DNA from: the human T2T-CHM13v2.0 reference genome, Homo sapiens
Reading direction: 5' to 3'
Assembly: GCA_009914755.4 (NCBI GenBank)
Contig: CP068257.2
Location: 35,520,001-35,584,000 of the forward strand
DNA length: 64,000 nt
This document shows, piece after piece, positions 45,130 through 58,762 of the stretch. A program made the translations under genes and the position numbers. The stretch's first letter is position 1, and the number at the start of each line of letters is the position of its first letter. The notes under the pieces are model-generated. The model saw only the letters and a program-made list of their open reading frames with translations. It ran no database searches and had not been told where the DNA came from.

Positions 45130-46668
45130 GTAAGTAATGATTGAAAGGCAGTAATTTTTATTTAAAAAAAAATATTGTGGCTTTTGGTTATTTTCACATT
45201 TTTGATATTTAATATTAAACTACATCAAGTAAAGTAAAAATGAATACTGTTTTCATTGTTTTGTCTCATTTAAAAAAGTATTCATTGAGTAATTATCTCA
45301 CCTGAATTTTTTTCTAAACTTAACATTTTTTCAGATAAATTATATAAAAGTGAGAGTAGCATGGAACTGAGAATCCCCAAGGAACTGACTTCCTTCCAGT
45401 TTGAACACCATCCCTTTCTCTGGCCCTCTTTTTTCTTATCAGCAAAACATGGGGGCTGGTCTAAAATCTAAGGTTCTTTTCAAAAGTAAGATTCTGTGAT
45501 GATTATTTATAATTACTTTTATCCTGAATCTATAAATTATTAAAATTTGTCTTGTAGTGTGAACGATTTGATAACATATACAGATCCTAGGAATGATTGT
45601 CAGGTGGGCCAAGAGTGTGTTTTAAGATTCTCTGTGATCCATCCCTAACCTCCCTCTGCTCTTAACAGTGATAGGTCAAATTCTTCAGCTTGTTTTCTAC
45701 CACTGTGTAAGAAAACACCCAAAAGTCAGTTTCTTTATTAGCAGCCATTGTATTTGCTCATGGTCCTGCAATCTGGGCTGAGTTCAGCTGGGCCATTCTT
45801 CTGCTGGTCTTGCCAGGAGTCCTCATGTGGCTGAATTTAGCTGGGTGATGACTGGGGGTGGCCTCAGCTGGGATGCTGGGGTGGCTTGGCCTCACTTTCT
45901 CTCTGTGTAGCCTCTCTGTGATTTTTATTTATGTGGTCCTTCCATATGATCTCTATTATGATAGCCAGACTTCTTACATGGTAGCTAAGGACTTCAAATG
46001 GTGCAGAAGTGGAAGCCACTAGGCCTCCTGAAGGTTCAGGCCCAGAACTGTCACAGCATCATCTCTGCTACCTTTTATTCCTTAAAACAAGTCATAGGCT
46101 TGGTCCAGATTCAAGGGCATGAATAATGGGAGGCTGGGTTCACTGGGGGGCCACGCTACACACTCACCTTTCAAGGGCTTTTGTGTTTTTCCATGCCGCA
46201 TGCCATATGATCAGATGACTTTCATTATGAGTCTTGCTAGCATTACATTTAGGCAGTCCTCAAACAATGAGGAAAAGTAAAACACTGCCTCAGAATTTTC
46301 ACTCCCTGTGTCATGTCATTTTGATGATCAAAGTAGCTTCACTAGTAGAACACACTTACGGAAACAATAATGTCTGTAAAGCTTTTTACCTCTAATATTT
46401 GAGCATGACCAGTCTTGGTCATTTTGTTACTAAAAAGTGTGGAAATATTTATATTTAACATACTTTTTTTGTTCAATTCAGACATACTGTCAAACTAGAC
46501 AAGGTAACTAGAGGCTGTTAATGATAAGAAATTTTTTTTCTGTACTAGCATAAAAGTTAATTTCTGCTGGAGAATAAACTTTTTATTGTTGACTTTTTTC
46601 CATTTTATTATTAGATTTCTTTACCTTTCCTGTCACAATTTAAAGATAAGCCACACGCTTCTCTCTAA

Positions 46669-47034
<366 letters not shown>

Positions 47035-47912
47035 TAGATTTTTAAGTAAAATATTTAAACTTTTTGGATCTCTTTCTCAGAGATGCACAAGGGACATGAA
47101 AAATGATTTCTTGGATGTTTCTGTGCTCTTGATCACACTTAGTATTCGTTAAGAAATGACTAGAACATAGAGCTCATGATTGGTACAGTGACACAAACCA
47201 CAGATGGCTATGAAAGAAGGCAGGGCTTCCATGAGAGTGTCAGAGTGTCACCCAGTATTTGTCTATTTAGAGGAGGGAGGAAGTGTTTTACAAAAGAAGT
47301 AAAATAATAGTTAAACTGGCTTGTATTAGAAACAAGCGGCTTTAGTAAACAGAGATGACTGCAAAGGTATCTCAGGGTAGCATGAAAGAAGAGGCAGAAC
47401 CCGCCTTGTGCAGGGCATGGCTCAAGAATCGGAGATTCACACACTTGTTTTGAAGGATTATCAGAGAATGTGAGTGTGTGTGTGCGTGCGCACCCGCGTG
47501 TGTGCATGAATGCTTGTTTTGACTTTAAGTTCTGTTTTAAAGAGTAGAAGGCTGTTTTCATTTTGAATGAGAATCCACATCTTCTCATTTTGAATAAGAA
47601 TCTCTGGTTACACTGATGATGATGCCGCAGTACCTGTGTTCTCTGCTTGAGCTGCACATCTTAGACTGAGATAGGGTGATTTACCTGTAAGCATATGACT
47701 TAGAGTGAAGAAAAAGGTGATCTGGAAGGAAAATTTCCCAAAAGGGAAATGACCTCAAATTATTTTCCTATTTAGAAGATACTAAAAATGAAACAAAATG
47801 TAAAAATATATATATTAAAAAATCAAGAAATGTTTTTAAGGATATGGGTGCAATTTACTGTGTGGGGGTCCTGTTAAAAATTTTTCAAAATTAATTAATA
47901 TTTGGTGATTAT

Positions 47913-47981
47913 GCTTTTATAGGTATACCCAGAAAAATGATGGAAAGGAAAAGGAACATGAATTACATCTGGATCAGTCCC
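47913..47981 (+). CDS. TTC3: Coding exon, 69 bp, with apparent GC donor; (M)YTQKNDGKEKEHELHLDQSLEI
   Basis: Acceptor atgcttttatAG|gtat. The only phase-compatible 3' boundary is atcAG|gcaaat, a GC donor. Phase 2 is needed to form AGC with the next exon's first C. Confidence 0.7.
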
Positions 47982-48669
47982 TTGAAATCAGGCAAATTAA
48001 GCTTAAATTTATTTTTAATATATTTTAATACTTTTAATGCCAGGAGTACAAGCACAGTAGACTTTGAAATATATTGTTGCTTGTCTATTTCTTTTAAATA
48101 ATTATGTTTCTGTTTTCTTTATTTCTATTTCTGTTGCATTTTAAAAATTAATTTATAAATATATTCTTTGAATATTTAAATATTTTTATTTTACAAGATT
48201 TCTGCATTTATTTCCCATTGTCAATATAAAAATACTGAATTTATTGTTGTCAACTTTTTTTGGATTAACTTGAAACTATAAACATGTTGTAAAAACTTTT
48301 CTTTTGTGTTACTTGGAATATTCGTCTCCACTGTAGGCTGGTAGTTTGTTGCTGTTATTGCTTTATAATTATAGGTTCATTAAATTTTTACTATGAATCT
48401 ATGCAAAGTTTCCTTTTAACCCTTGCTTGCTAATGGAAATAATATGTTTTCACATACTGCTAACCAGTACATTCAGTGATAAGCAGTTGCATTCTGCTTT
48501 TCTCACTATTGTTTCTTACGCACATTCCCATCCCGGTTTTTGAATAATTTTGTACAGATTTCTTTTTCCCTTTGGGTTCTGTCCTTGTAATATGCGTCAA
48601 AACAGAGTTTCTGGCTCAAAGGATAGGGAATGTTTTATAAAGCTTACTTTTTAAAATTTTTATTTATTT

Positions 48670-48942
48670 ATTTTTTGAGATAGGGTCTTGCTCTGTCACC
48701 CAGGCTGGAATGCAGTAGTGCAGTCATTGCTCACTGCAGACACCATCTCCCAGCTCAAGCAATTCTCTCGCCTCAGCCTCTCGAGTAGCTGGGACTACAG
48801 GCACGCACCACCATTGTATTTTTTGTAGATATAGGGTTTTGCCATGCTGTCTAGGCTGGTCTTGAACTTCTGGGCCCAAGCGATCCGCCTGCCTTGGCCT
48901 CCCAAAGTACTGGGATTACAGGCCTAAGCCACTGTGCCCGGC
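48670..48942 (-). mobile_element. Diverged Alu (antisense)
   Basis: ttttttgagatagggtcttgctctgtcacccaggctggaatgcagtagtgcagtcattgctcactgcag…gccactgtgcccggcc. Confidence 0.8.
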
Positions 48943-49265
48943 CTATACAGTTTATTAATGTCACCAGATTGTACTCCACCTGCCCTCATAAAAATGGTGA
49001 ACTGGAACAGTACCCTCACCTTGATTCTCAGCATGCCCACCTAATGTGCACTTCCATTTCATATCTGCCTTTGATCACTTATAAAGCACAAAGAGCACAC
49101 TTGAGCCTGTGTATTGTGTAGTAAAATATGAGATGAGAAACTGCTCTGGAAGATGTAGCTGAGGCTATCGTGGTGTGGTTTCAAAGCTCATCCAGCCTGA
49201 AACCTTTGTCATCTCACTGTGAAATTTTGTTCAAGAAAGTTTTTTTTTTCCTTCAATATTTGTAG

Positions 49266-49362
49266 CAACACACTTACAAATGAGAAAATGAAAATAGAAG
49301 AGTATATAAAGAAAGGGAAAGAGGATTATGAAGAGAGTCATCAGAGAGCTGTGGCTGCAGAG
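49266..49362 (+). CDS. TTC3: Coding exon, 97 bp; (S)NTLTNEKMKIEEYIKKGKEDYEESHQRAVAAE
   Basis: A poly-T tract precedes the acceptor tttgtAG|caac. Donor gcagag|gtgagt. Confidence 0.85.
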
Positions 49363-50712
49363 GTGAGTCCATGACACTTAGTGACCACTATGGCATTTGT
49401 CATTTGTTTTTGTGTTTCTTTAATGACATATGAGGCATAACAGACATTACTGAAAAGTGTGGTGCATAAAGGATATCCTGTAACCCATAATATATCCTCC
49501 CTAAAACGACCACTCTTTTTCCTTGCCTATAGCCTTGTAATGTTTTACCGGTATTATGTTGTTACTTAAATGCACTCATAGTGTACACCAAATTTTGTAA
49601 CCTGCCTTCCTTATTTACCATTATAATTCAGCCATTTCCTATATTATACACTTTGAATACTTTCATCATATTTAATCAAGTGATGTACCATGAAGTAGCC
49701 AACCATATTTGCCAATACTTGGAAAGGAACTTGAAAATAATCCACATATTAAGAATACGCTCCTTCTGCCCCTAGAAGAATATATAGCAATGTCAGTACA
49801 CTGTTTCAGAAACTACTGAGACAAAAATCAAAATTATGACATCTGGCTGTATTTTATTTAGTTCCAGAAACATGATTCTCTATGTTTCTGTAGCTGAGAA
49901 ACAAATGATATTTATTGGCATATGTGTCTGTGATTATTCTGGTAAAGTAAGAAAAGACTTAGTTTATACAGTCTGCAAACATTAGGCTTTTCAATTAAGA
50001 ATTGACTATGCACCTGCTTCTAAGGACAGGAAAGGAAAAAGAGCCAAAGTATGAATACTTTTTGGGTCCTACACCAGCATCCGTATTCCTGAGCTTGTTT
50101 AATTCACACCACCGTTTGGTAAGCAGGTTTGCCTGGTGGGCCCTGTCAAGTTTACTGACACCTGGATTAAAAGGCTATTTAATGGATCATTTGGACCATG
50201 AGGCCATTTTACATTTCCTGCAGTGATTCTCACAAAAATGGCCAGTTGGTTTGTGGGGAAGCCACAGAGAGTCTAAAATCTTAAAAGCATACCCCGAAGG
50301 CTTTTGATGCCCTTGCCGAGAACAGCTTCTCTGAGGCTTTTCTAAACTTGCAGAGGATGCAGCCTTTATTAAGGGTTATTCTGCTGCAGGACCATAGGTA
50401 ATGCACACTCGTGTACACATGCAGTTAACCTGGCTCTGTGCTTATATATAGCTTAAGCAGAAAGCCATGTACAGTTATTCATATCTGCAAAAAGGATCAT
50501 GGAAGGTATGCATTTGTGATGTCATTTTGTTCTGTTTTCAAATCTCAAAGTCTAATTCATGTTCACCTATGATACAATCAAGTTCTGATGATTCTGTCAT
50601 GCTTCATTTAAGGAGAAATGGGAAAGTGGTTTGAATGTTTAAGTTTTAACCTTTAAAATAGTTTCAGGCTGTCATTTGTAAAATACTCATATGTCTTCTG
50701 ATCTACTGGCAG

Positions 50713-50813
50713 GTATCCGTACTTGAAAACTGGAAGGAGAGTGAAGTGTATAAGCTACAGATCATGGAGTCACAAGCAGAAGCCTTTCTGAAGAAGCTGG
50801 GGCTGATTAGCCG
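50713..50813 (+). CDS. TTC3: Coding exon, 101 bp; VSVLENWKESEVYKLQIMESQAEAFLKKLGLIS(R)
   Basis: Acceptor tactggcAG|gta and donor agccg|gtattg. Confidence 0.9.
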
Positions 50814-51431
50814 GTATTGCAGTTTCGTGGGTGTTCTCAGCACGTCATTTAGAAGATAAAGCTAGGACCATTTGAGAAAAACATTATTTTGTATTAGGAC
50901 CATTTTATTTTTAATAGTTATATAATTGATACATGTTCAATTGTAGAAAAGTTAAGACATACAAACAAAAATGATAAAAATCATTCCTAATTCTAAATGG
51001 ATAGATAACATTTGTATTTTGGAATAAATTCATGAAGTGTTTGAAAAAATGAAAATTTATGAATTATTTTTACTAAATAGTATATAGGAAATTTATTTTC
51101 ATATTGGTAATTACATATCTCCAACCTAATTTTGAAAAGTTGGATAGTAATTGAGCATAGAAACATGTCATGATTTACCAAACACTGCTGTGCTGGAACA
51201 GTGGAGTTGTTTGTGAATTTGTGTTAATATAAGCCACCCTGCAGTGAGCATCCTTATAGTTAACTTTTTATGCACATTATTAGTCATTTCCATGCAGTAA
51301 AATTTGGAATGAAGATCACATTTTCAAGGCTTTTAAAATTTTTTGCCAAGTTGCTTTCCATAGTAGCTATTATTTAACAGTCTGCATGACAGCATGCGAG
51401 AATGTTTACAAAGTATATTCACACATGTTAA

Positions 51432-51761
<330 letters not shown>

Positions 51762-51764
51762 TTG

Positions 51765-52095
51765 TTCTTGTTTGTTTGTTTTTGAGATGGAGTCTCGCTC
51801 TGTCGCCCATGCTGGAGTGTAGTGGCGTGATCTCGGCTCACTGCAAGCTCTGCCTCCCGAGTTCACGCCATTCTCCTGCCTTAGCCTCCTGAGTAGCTGA
51901 GACTACAGGTGCCCGCCACCACTCCCAGCTAACTTTTTGTATTTTTAGTAGAGATGAATTTCACCATATTAGCCAGGGTGGTCTCAATCTCCTCATCTTG
52001 TGATCCACCCACCTTGGCCTCCCAAAGTGCTAGGATTACAGGAGTGCCTCCCAAAGTGCTGGGATTACAGGAGTGAGCCACCACGCCGGCCGGCC
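51765..52095 (-). mobile_element. Alu (antisense) with an internal ~25-bp duplication near its end
   Basis: tttgtttgtttttgagatggagtctcgctctgtcgcccatgctggagtgtagtggcgtgatctcggctcactgcaagctctgcctcccgagttcacgcc… cctcccaaagtgcta/gggattacaggagtg is repeated twice. Confidence 0.85.
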
Positions 52096-52336
52096 TTGTT
52101 TGTTTTTAAGATAAGGCTTGCCTGGGATTCCTAGAGGATCTTCTTCACCCTAGTACTTAGCACTTCTCTATGTGGGATTACTTTTCATTGAGTCCTTTTA
52201 CCATGTTCTATACACAGATTTTGTGTTTTTAATCCCAGGGTTTTGATCCTTCCTGGTGCTTGCCTTTTGATTCAAATTTCAAACCCTCAGCATTGAACCA
52301 GAGATTGTGTGAATCACGGACAGTTTTAGTGTATAG

Positions 52337-52651
<315 letters not shown>

Positions 52652-53551
52652 CCTTCTTCATTTTCAAGATTTAATTTTTTTTCATGAGAAAACTTTTCTG
52701 ATTAAAAGTAAAATGCTGATTTAGAATATAGGACTAGTACAGCTGAGGTTGAGACCAAGTGGTAGTCAACCGCCTGTACTAAGCACCCACCATAGGCTGC
52801 ATTGTGGCTCATCTGGGAAACAAAGATAATCTCAGACTCATTTCATCTAATAGTATCAACTCTTCCAATAAACGGTAGAGTATACAAAGATTCTTTCTTC
52901 AGGATGCCATGCTAACTCTGCCTTCTCCACCAAAGTATAGAAACATAGAAAAGGGGTAAAAAGAATGCTCTGTTTTTTCTTCAATATGTATAATGAGGTC
53001 TTACTATACCCACAGATTGGTAGTGTTTTTGATCTTCTCAATTAGGAGTAGTCAATTTATCTGTCACTTTCAATAGACCAGATTCATGAGGTGCTGAGAT
53101 TCATGAGGTGCTGAGATTATAAATTTATCTTAGGCTCATCCTTTATTTTTATATTAAGGTAATGATTAGGGTTTGATTGGAATCTTTTGAATGTTTCAGA
53201 CTACCTTTTTAAAAAATCTTTAAATGCAGACGCTGTCTTTAATATTAAACATAAAGATGTCAGATGAAGAACGGTCAAACTTTCAAATTTGGGAAAAGAA
53301 CTTAAAATTCAGGAGACTTATTTTCTCTCTGCCCTTCGGTTTTAGAGTTTTTGTTATATTAATAATTAAAATTTTCTAAAGTGTCTCTAGTGGCAAGTTT
53401 ACAAGATAAGCAATTCCTTAAAAATAGTTGGATTTTTGTGTGTATGTGATTATGTTAAATGTCTCTTTTGCTCATGTTTAGATGTTTATTTGACCGTAAG
53501 TGCTTTTAATTTTTAAAATTTCTAAAGCAGTTTTATATTATACTTTTTCAG

Positions 53552-53642
53552 TGATCCTGCAGCATATCCTGACATGGAGTCTGATATACGTTCATGGGAA
53601 TTGTTTCTTTCTAATGTTACAAAAGAAATTGAGAAAGCAAAG
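53552..53642 (+). CDS. TTC3: Coding exon, 91 bp; (R)DPAAYPDMESDIRSWELFLSNVTKEIEKAK
   Basis: Acceptor tactttttcAG|tgat and donor gcaaag|gtaagt. Confidence 0.9.
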
Positions 53643-53765
53643 GTAAGTTGTAAACATCTTTTAATCCCATCAAAATCTTTATGATAGTTATAATTCTCGG
53701 GAGGCTGGTGTCATATTGAATCTATTTCTTTTTTATCTATTATTATCAATAATTTTTTTTGTTGA

Positions 53766-54106
<341 letters not shown>

Positions 54107-54329
54107 GGAAGTAGTGATATTTTCTTAATTAAATTAACCATCTTGACCTCTGCCTTGATTGGTAAGATTAGAGGAGTTATGTTTGAAAAGGCTTTGGAGC
54201 ATTCGGTTTAATGAGGTCTTATTTTGAATTTCCTTACCAAGACAGTTATGTTTCATTTATAATGTGTAGGAAGAAACAAAGTATTAATTGACAATTGTGG
54301 TTTTCCCACACTTTACTTTCTACTCACAG

Positions 54330-54431
54330 TCTCAGTTTGAAGAACAAATTAAGGCAATTAAAAATGGTTCTCGGCTCAGTGAACTTTCTAAAGTGCAGAT
54401 TTCTGAGCTTTCATTTCCTGCCTGTAACACG
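54330..54431 (+). CDS. TTC3: Coding exon, 102 bp; SQFEEQIKAIKNGSRLSELSKVQISELSFPACNT
   Basis: Acceptor ctactcacAG|tct and donor aacacg|gtaagt. Phase 0-0. Confidence 0.9.
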
Positions 54432-54707
54432 GTAAGTCTAGCACATCTTTTTTTTTTTTTTAAACCATAATTCATTTGTTAACTGGCCAAAGTAGTTATT
54501 TGTTGTTGTTTCCTGGGAGTGAGGATGAGATTGGTTAATAATTGCCTTAATGTTTCATTATTGGTGCTACTGATTAACCTTTTAAGCTTTATAACATTCT
54601 TATATAAAATAGATCAGTCTTTCTACATCTGTATGAGGGATGGACTGAGATGAATACACCATTGCTACATTTCTATCACTCTCATGTTCCTTGGCCTGTC
54701 TTCTATC

Positions 54708-54708
<1 letters not shown>

Positions 54709-54748
<40 letters not shown>
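54709..54748. repeat. (TG)~20 dinucleotide microsatellite
   Basis: Pure tgtgtg… run about 278 bp downstream of the 54330-54431 exon. Confidence 0.95.
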
Positions 54749-54749
<1 letters not shown>

Positions 54750-56399
54750 GTATATGTATTCCTGACTTTGAACAAATAATCCAGGAGTAGCAGTTGCCTG
54801 TTGCGCACTGCTTTTGTGATTCAAGCAGGCCGCTATCACCACCTCAGATTATACTCTTATTCCTAGATATTTGGGACATAAGACCAAAATCTAAAAATTA
54901 AGAGGTTTCCTCCTCAAATACAGAATAAAAGCTGCTATGCCTGAGGCATACAGGGCTTTGTTGGTCCGGCACATCATATTTTACTATTTGTTTGAGGTAT
55001 TTGCCGAATCTTGTTAATAACAGTGAATAATCTTGTCTTTTTATTTTAATATACACAGCACAGTAAAGAAAAGCATTAATTGCATTTTGTGGACTTTACA
55101 ACATGGCTAAACCCATATTTCTTAGATTTGGACATAGATAGATGCTTAGTAAATACTAAATTGAAATGAATTAGGCCCAGAGGAGATCAGACCATAGGAA
55201 TTTAAAGTTAGATCTTGAGAGAAAACTTAGGTAAAAAAGAAAAACAAAATTAAAGGAGGACTGTGTGTGAGAGTTGAAAGATATAAGTTCCAGAATGTTG
55301 TGGCAGGACAGTGAAATCTTCTGGTTCCTAAAGACGGAGGAGACTCTCTCCCAGCACCTGACTTCCACCCTCCCACTACTGCCAGACCTTTGCCTGGGCT
55401 GTTCCTAGCCTGGAGCACTGTCCCCGCTCTGCATCCTGCCTTCCCCTGAAACCCCGTCAGGGGCTGCCCTCTTTTGGCCTCCCACTGTGTCCCTTCTCTC
55501 ATGTGCATTAGATCTCAGCCTGGCCTTGAATGTCTCTTTCTCACCAGTACCTTGCACAGTAAACATTCAAACTTACTGTGAATTCATCTGAAAAAAAAAA
55601 AAATTAAGTGTGGAAAAAGTGTGACCACCCTGAACTGAGTAAAATATTCTGTTGAGATCCAGTTTTTTCTCTCCATTGAATGTGCAGTTTTAGTTAGAAT
55701 TACACTAAAGGGCACTTATCATTTATCGTTTTTCCAAGTTCTTGTAACAGATATGTATAGAGAAAACGTTGGCTCTCAATAGGATATTTTACTGTTAGTT
55801 TGTAATCCTAGCTTATGTTATTTTATCAATACTCAAAAGGATTTTCATATCCTAAATTCTGGGAACTCTTAGTGTGCCAGGAGCTTGAGTAATAAGTGTG
55901 CCTAAAAATTATTTGTATCTCATTTCTCCCTCATTCATTCATTCGGTAATTAGTGGTGATAAAGACTGATGTGGGCTGTGCCCTCAAAGTGCACATGGAC
56001 TTGGGGAAAGGCAGACTTTAAACCCATTGTTACCTGCAGCAGAGTGAGGTTTCTCATGGCAGAATGCTGGAGCGGCGTGGATCAGGGGCCACTAACCTAA
56101 TCTAGAGGTGTGGCCTCAGCGGGAGATTCCCAGTTGGAAGTCTCCCAGAGACAGAGATCTGCAATAGGAACTTACCAGACAAAGGAGTGAGAGGGGTGTG
56201 TTTGGACGGTTAGAGTTCCAGATGGAACACACAGTGCTCCTGGAGCCTAGAGAGACAGAGAACACACTCCTTTCATACTGTAATAGAAGCCCAGTATGAC
56301 GCAGGGGCAAAGCCAATGGAGCCTTCTTCTCTAAGCTGTGTTACAGCAGCTTAGACACTTCTAGCTTCATTAGACCAGACAGGATAGGTCTCAAATAAG

Positions 56400-56935
56400 G
56401 GAACAGCAGCAGAACAGGAGTCCCTCCTTCTTCATGGCTTCGCTTTCCGTGGTTTCGGTTATCCGCAGTCAACCGCAGTTAGAAAATACTCAATGGAAAA
56501 TTCCAGAAATACATAATTCCTAAGTTTTAAATTGCACACTGTTTTGAGTAGCGTGATGAAATCTGTATTCTCACATGGTCACATTGTGACCTCCTCCCTT
56601 TGTCCAGTGTTTTCATGCTGTTGCTGCTCCCTGCCCGCGAGCCACTTAGAAGCTGATTTGGTGACCAGATGAACTTCTCGCGTTACCCCAGTGCCTGTGT
56701 TCAAGTCACCCCTATTTTACTCCATAATGGCCCCAAAGCATGGGAGTAATGATGCTGGTCAATCAGATATGCCATAGAGAAGCAATATATTGCTTCCTTT
56801 AAGTGAAAAGCTGAAAGTTCTCAACCCAATAAGGAAAGAGAAAAGATCGTATCCTGAGGTTGCTAAGATCTATGGTCAGAACAAATCTACCCATGATATT
56901 GTGAAGAAGGAAAAAGAAATTCATGTACAGTATAT
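56400..56935 (+). mobile_element. Tigger1-like (TcMar/pogo) DNA-transposon fragment carrying a transposase N-terminal remnant
   Basis: The + strand reads …atggccccaaagcatgggagtaatgatgctggtcaatcagatatgccatagagaagcaatat…SEKLKVLNPIRKEKRSYPEVAKIYGQNKSTHDIVKKEKEIH. This is the CENP-B/pogo-type HTH N-terminus typical of Tigger transposase, preceded by a noncoding leader. Confidence 0.5.
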
Positions 56936-57900
56936 GTAGGGTTCGGTACTCTTTGCGACCTCAGGCATTCACTGGGGGGTCTCAGAATGTATCCCTGAGG
57001 ATTACGGGAAGCTACTATGCTTTTTGAAGATGAGCTTGCCACTAATGTGGGGGAATGTTGGGGAGGGGCTTGAGTGATTTCCATTTGTTCGATTATCAGT
57101 TTATTGCCATCAGCCTGTCCTGGATGGGGCATGGCAGTGGGGGTGGAGGGAAGAGAACAGATGTGAGAGGTGATTGGGGGTACATTTACAGGTGCCATGC
57201 TGCTCAGGAGACCAGGCCCCATGTGTCCACGTGGGAGTTGAGGGTGAGTCTTGGGCTTCCGTCCAGGAGTACTAGGGGAAGAGCAGGACTGGGGAGGCTG
57301 CCTGAGGCTGGTTTCCAAAACACTGACTTTGAGTTGCCTTGGAATCACCCAAGTGGATTTGCAGATTTGGATCTCAGGAAAATATTCTAGACTGCAAACT
57401 TTTAAAAAGATTTGGCCTCAGGCAGCTGCATGGGGAGGAGTGTCAGCACTGCAGGCGTGGACGGAGGCCTGAGAGCTGCCAGGAGAGCTGGCAGGGAAGA
57501 GGAGGCGGCCCCCTGGGATGGAGACAGCTCTGGGGAGTGTGGTGGCCATGATGTTCCATCTGTCAGCTACATGGTTTAGCTCAGAAGGGGAAAAGTGTAA
57601 CCAGGTAGAGGCTGAAGGAGGGCCAGTAGGCAGGCAAAATGGTCTCATCTTACAGAGAAAATAGTGACTTATAGAGATAATTATTTAGAAGTCTGAGCCC
57701 TCCTACTCTTGTTCTAATAACTAACAAGTTATTGTCAAGAATTCTTTTAAAACGAAAATATTTAATTCATGGTATTCAGGTTTCCTGTGCACGGAGCCTC
57801 TGCGCTGCGTTACTGTATTTATTCATCGGCCTTTGTCCTTGGGCGTTTCATCCTTCAAGGGAAGCCCTAAGTGATCCATGGTGTGGTGTGTTCCTCACAG

Positions 57901-58262
57901 GTTCATCCCGAGTTACTCCCTGAGTCTTCAGGCGACGATGGCCAAGGGCTTGTGACTTCTGCAAGCGACGTGACTGGAAACCACGCAGCACTTCACAGGG
58001 ATCCTAGTGTGTTCTCTGCTGGTGATTCCCCAGGGGAGGCTCCTTCTGCGCTGTTGCCAGGGCCACCCCCTGGTCAGCCTGAAGCCACTCAGCTGACAGG
58101 GCCAAAACGGGCTGGCCAGGCAGCTCTGTCAGAACGAAGCCCTGTGGCTGATCGGAAGCAGCCTGTTCCTCCAGGACGTGCTGCGCGTTCAAGCCAGTCT
58201 CCAAAAAAGCCGTTCAATAGTATTATTGAGCACCTGTCAGTGGTATTCCCATGTTACAACAG
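57901..58262 (+). CDS. TTC3: Coding exon, 362 bp; VHPELLPESSGDDGQGLVTSASDVTGNHAALHRDPSVFSAGDSPGEAPSALLPGPPPGQPEATQLTGPKRAGQAALSERSPVADRKQPVPPGRAARSSQSPKKPFNSIIEHLSVVFPCYN (Pro/Ser-rich, low complexity)
   Basis: Acceptor ttcctcacAG|gtt and donor acaacag|gtatga. It shares a frame with the ORF-track entry 57871..58311. Confidence 0.9.
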
Positions 58263-58454
58263 GTATGAACAGAAAATGTCTGTGACTGTGTTTAATACTT
58301 TATCGAACTGAGGTTTCCTGATTAGATAAAATCATGGCTAGTTAGGTGTTAACATGAAAAGGGTTGCATAATTGTTTTGCTCAGAAAGACAGTTGCTACA
58401 TTTCTTTCTTTTTGTAAATATAGAGATAAGTATTTTCAAATAAATTGGTGGGTT

Positions 58455-58762
58455 TTTTCTTTCTTTTTTTTTTTTTTTTTGAGACAGAGTCTCACTCTGT
58501 TGCCTAGGCTGGAGTGCTGTGGCACAGTCTCGGCTCCCTGCAACCTCTCCCTCCCGAGTTCAAGCGATTCTCCTGCCTCAGCCTCCTGAGAAGCTGGGAT
58601 TATAGGCATGCATGACTAAGCCTGGCTAATTTTTGTATTTTTAGTACAGGTGGGGTTTCACCATGTTGGCCAGGCTGGTCTCGAACTTCTGACCTCAAGT
58701 GATTCACCCGCCTTGGCCTCCCAAAGTGCTGGGGTTACAGGCATGAGACGCCACACCCAGCC
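58455..58762 (-). mobile_element. Alu (antisense)
   Basis: Poly-T, then gagacagagtctcactctgttgcctaggctggagtgctgtggcacagtctcggctccctgcaacc…gagacgccacacccagcc. Confidence 0.85.
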
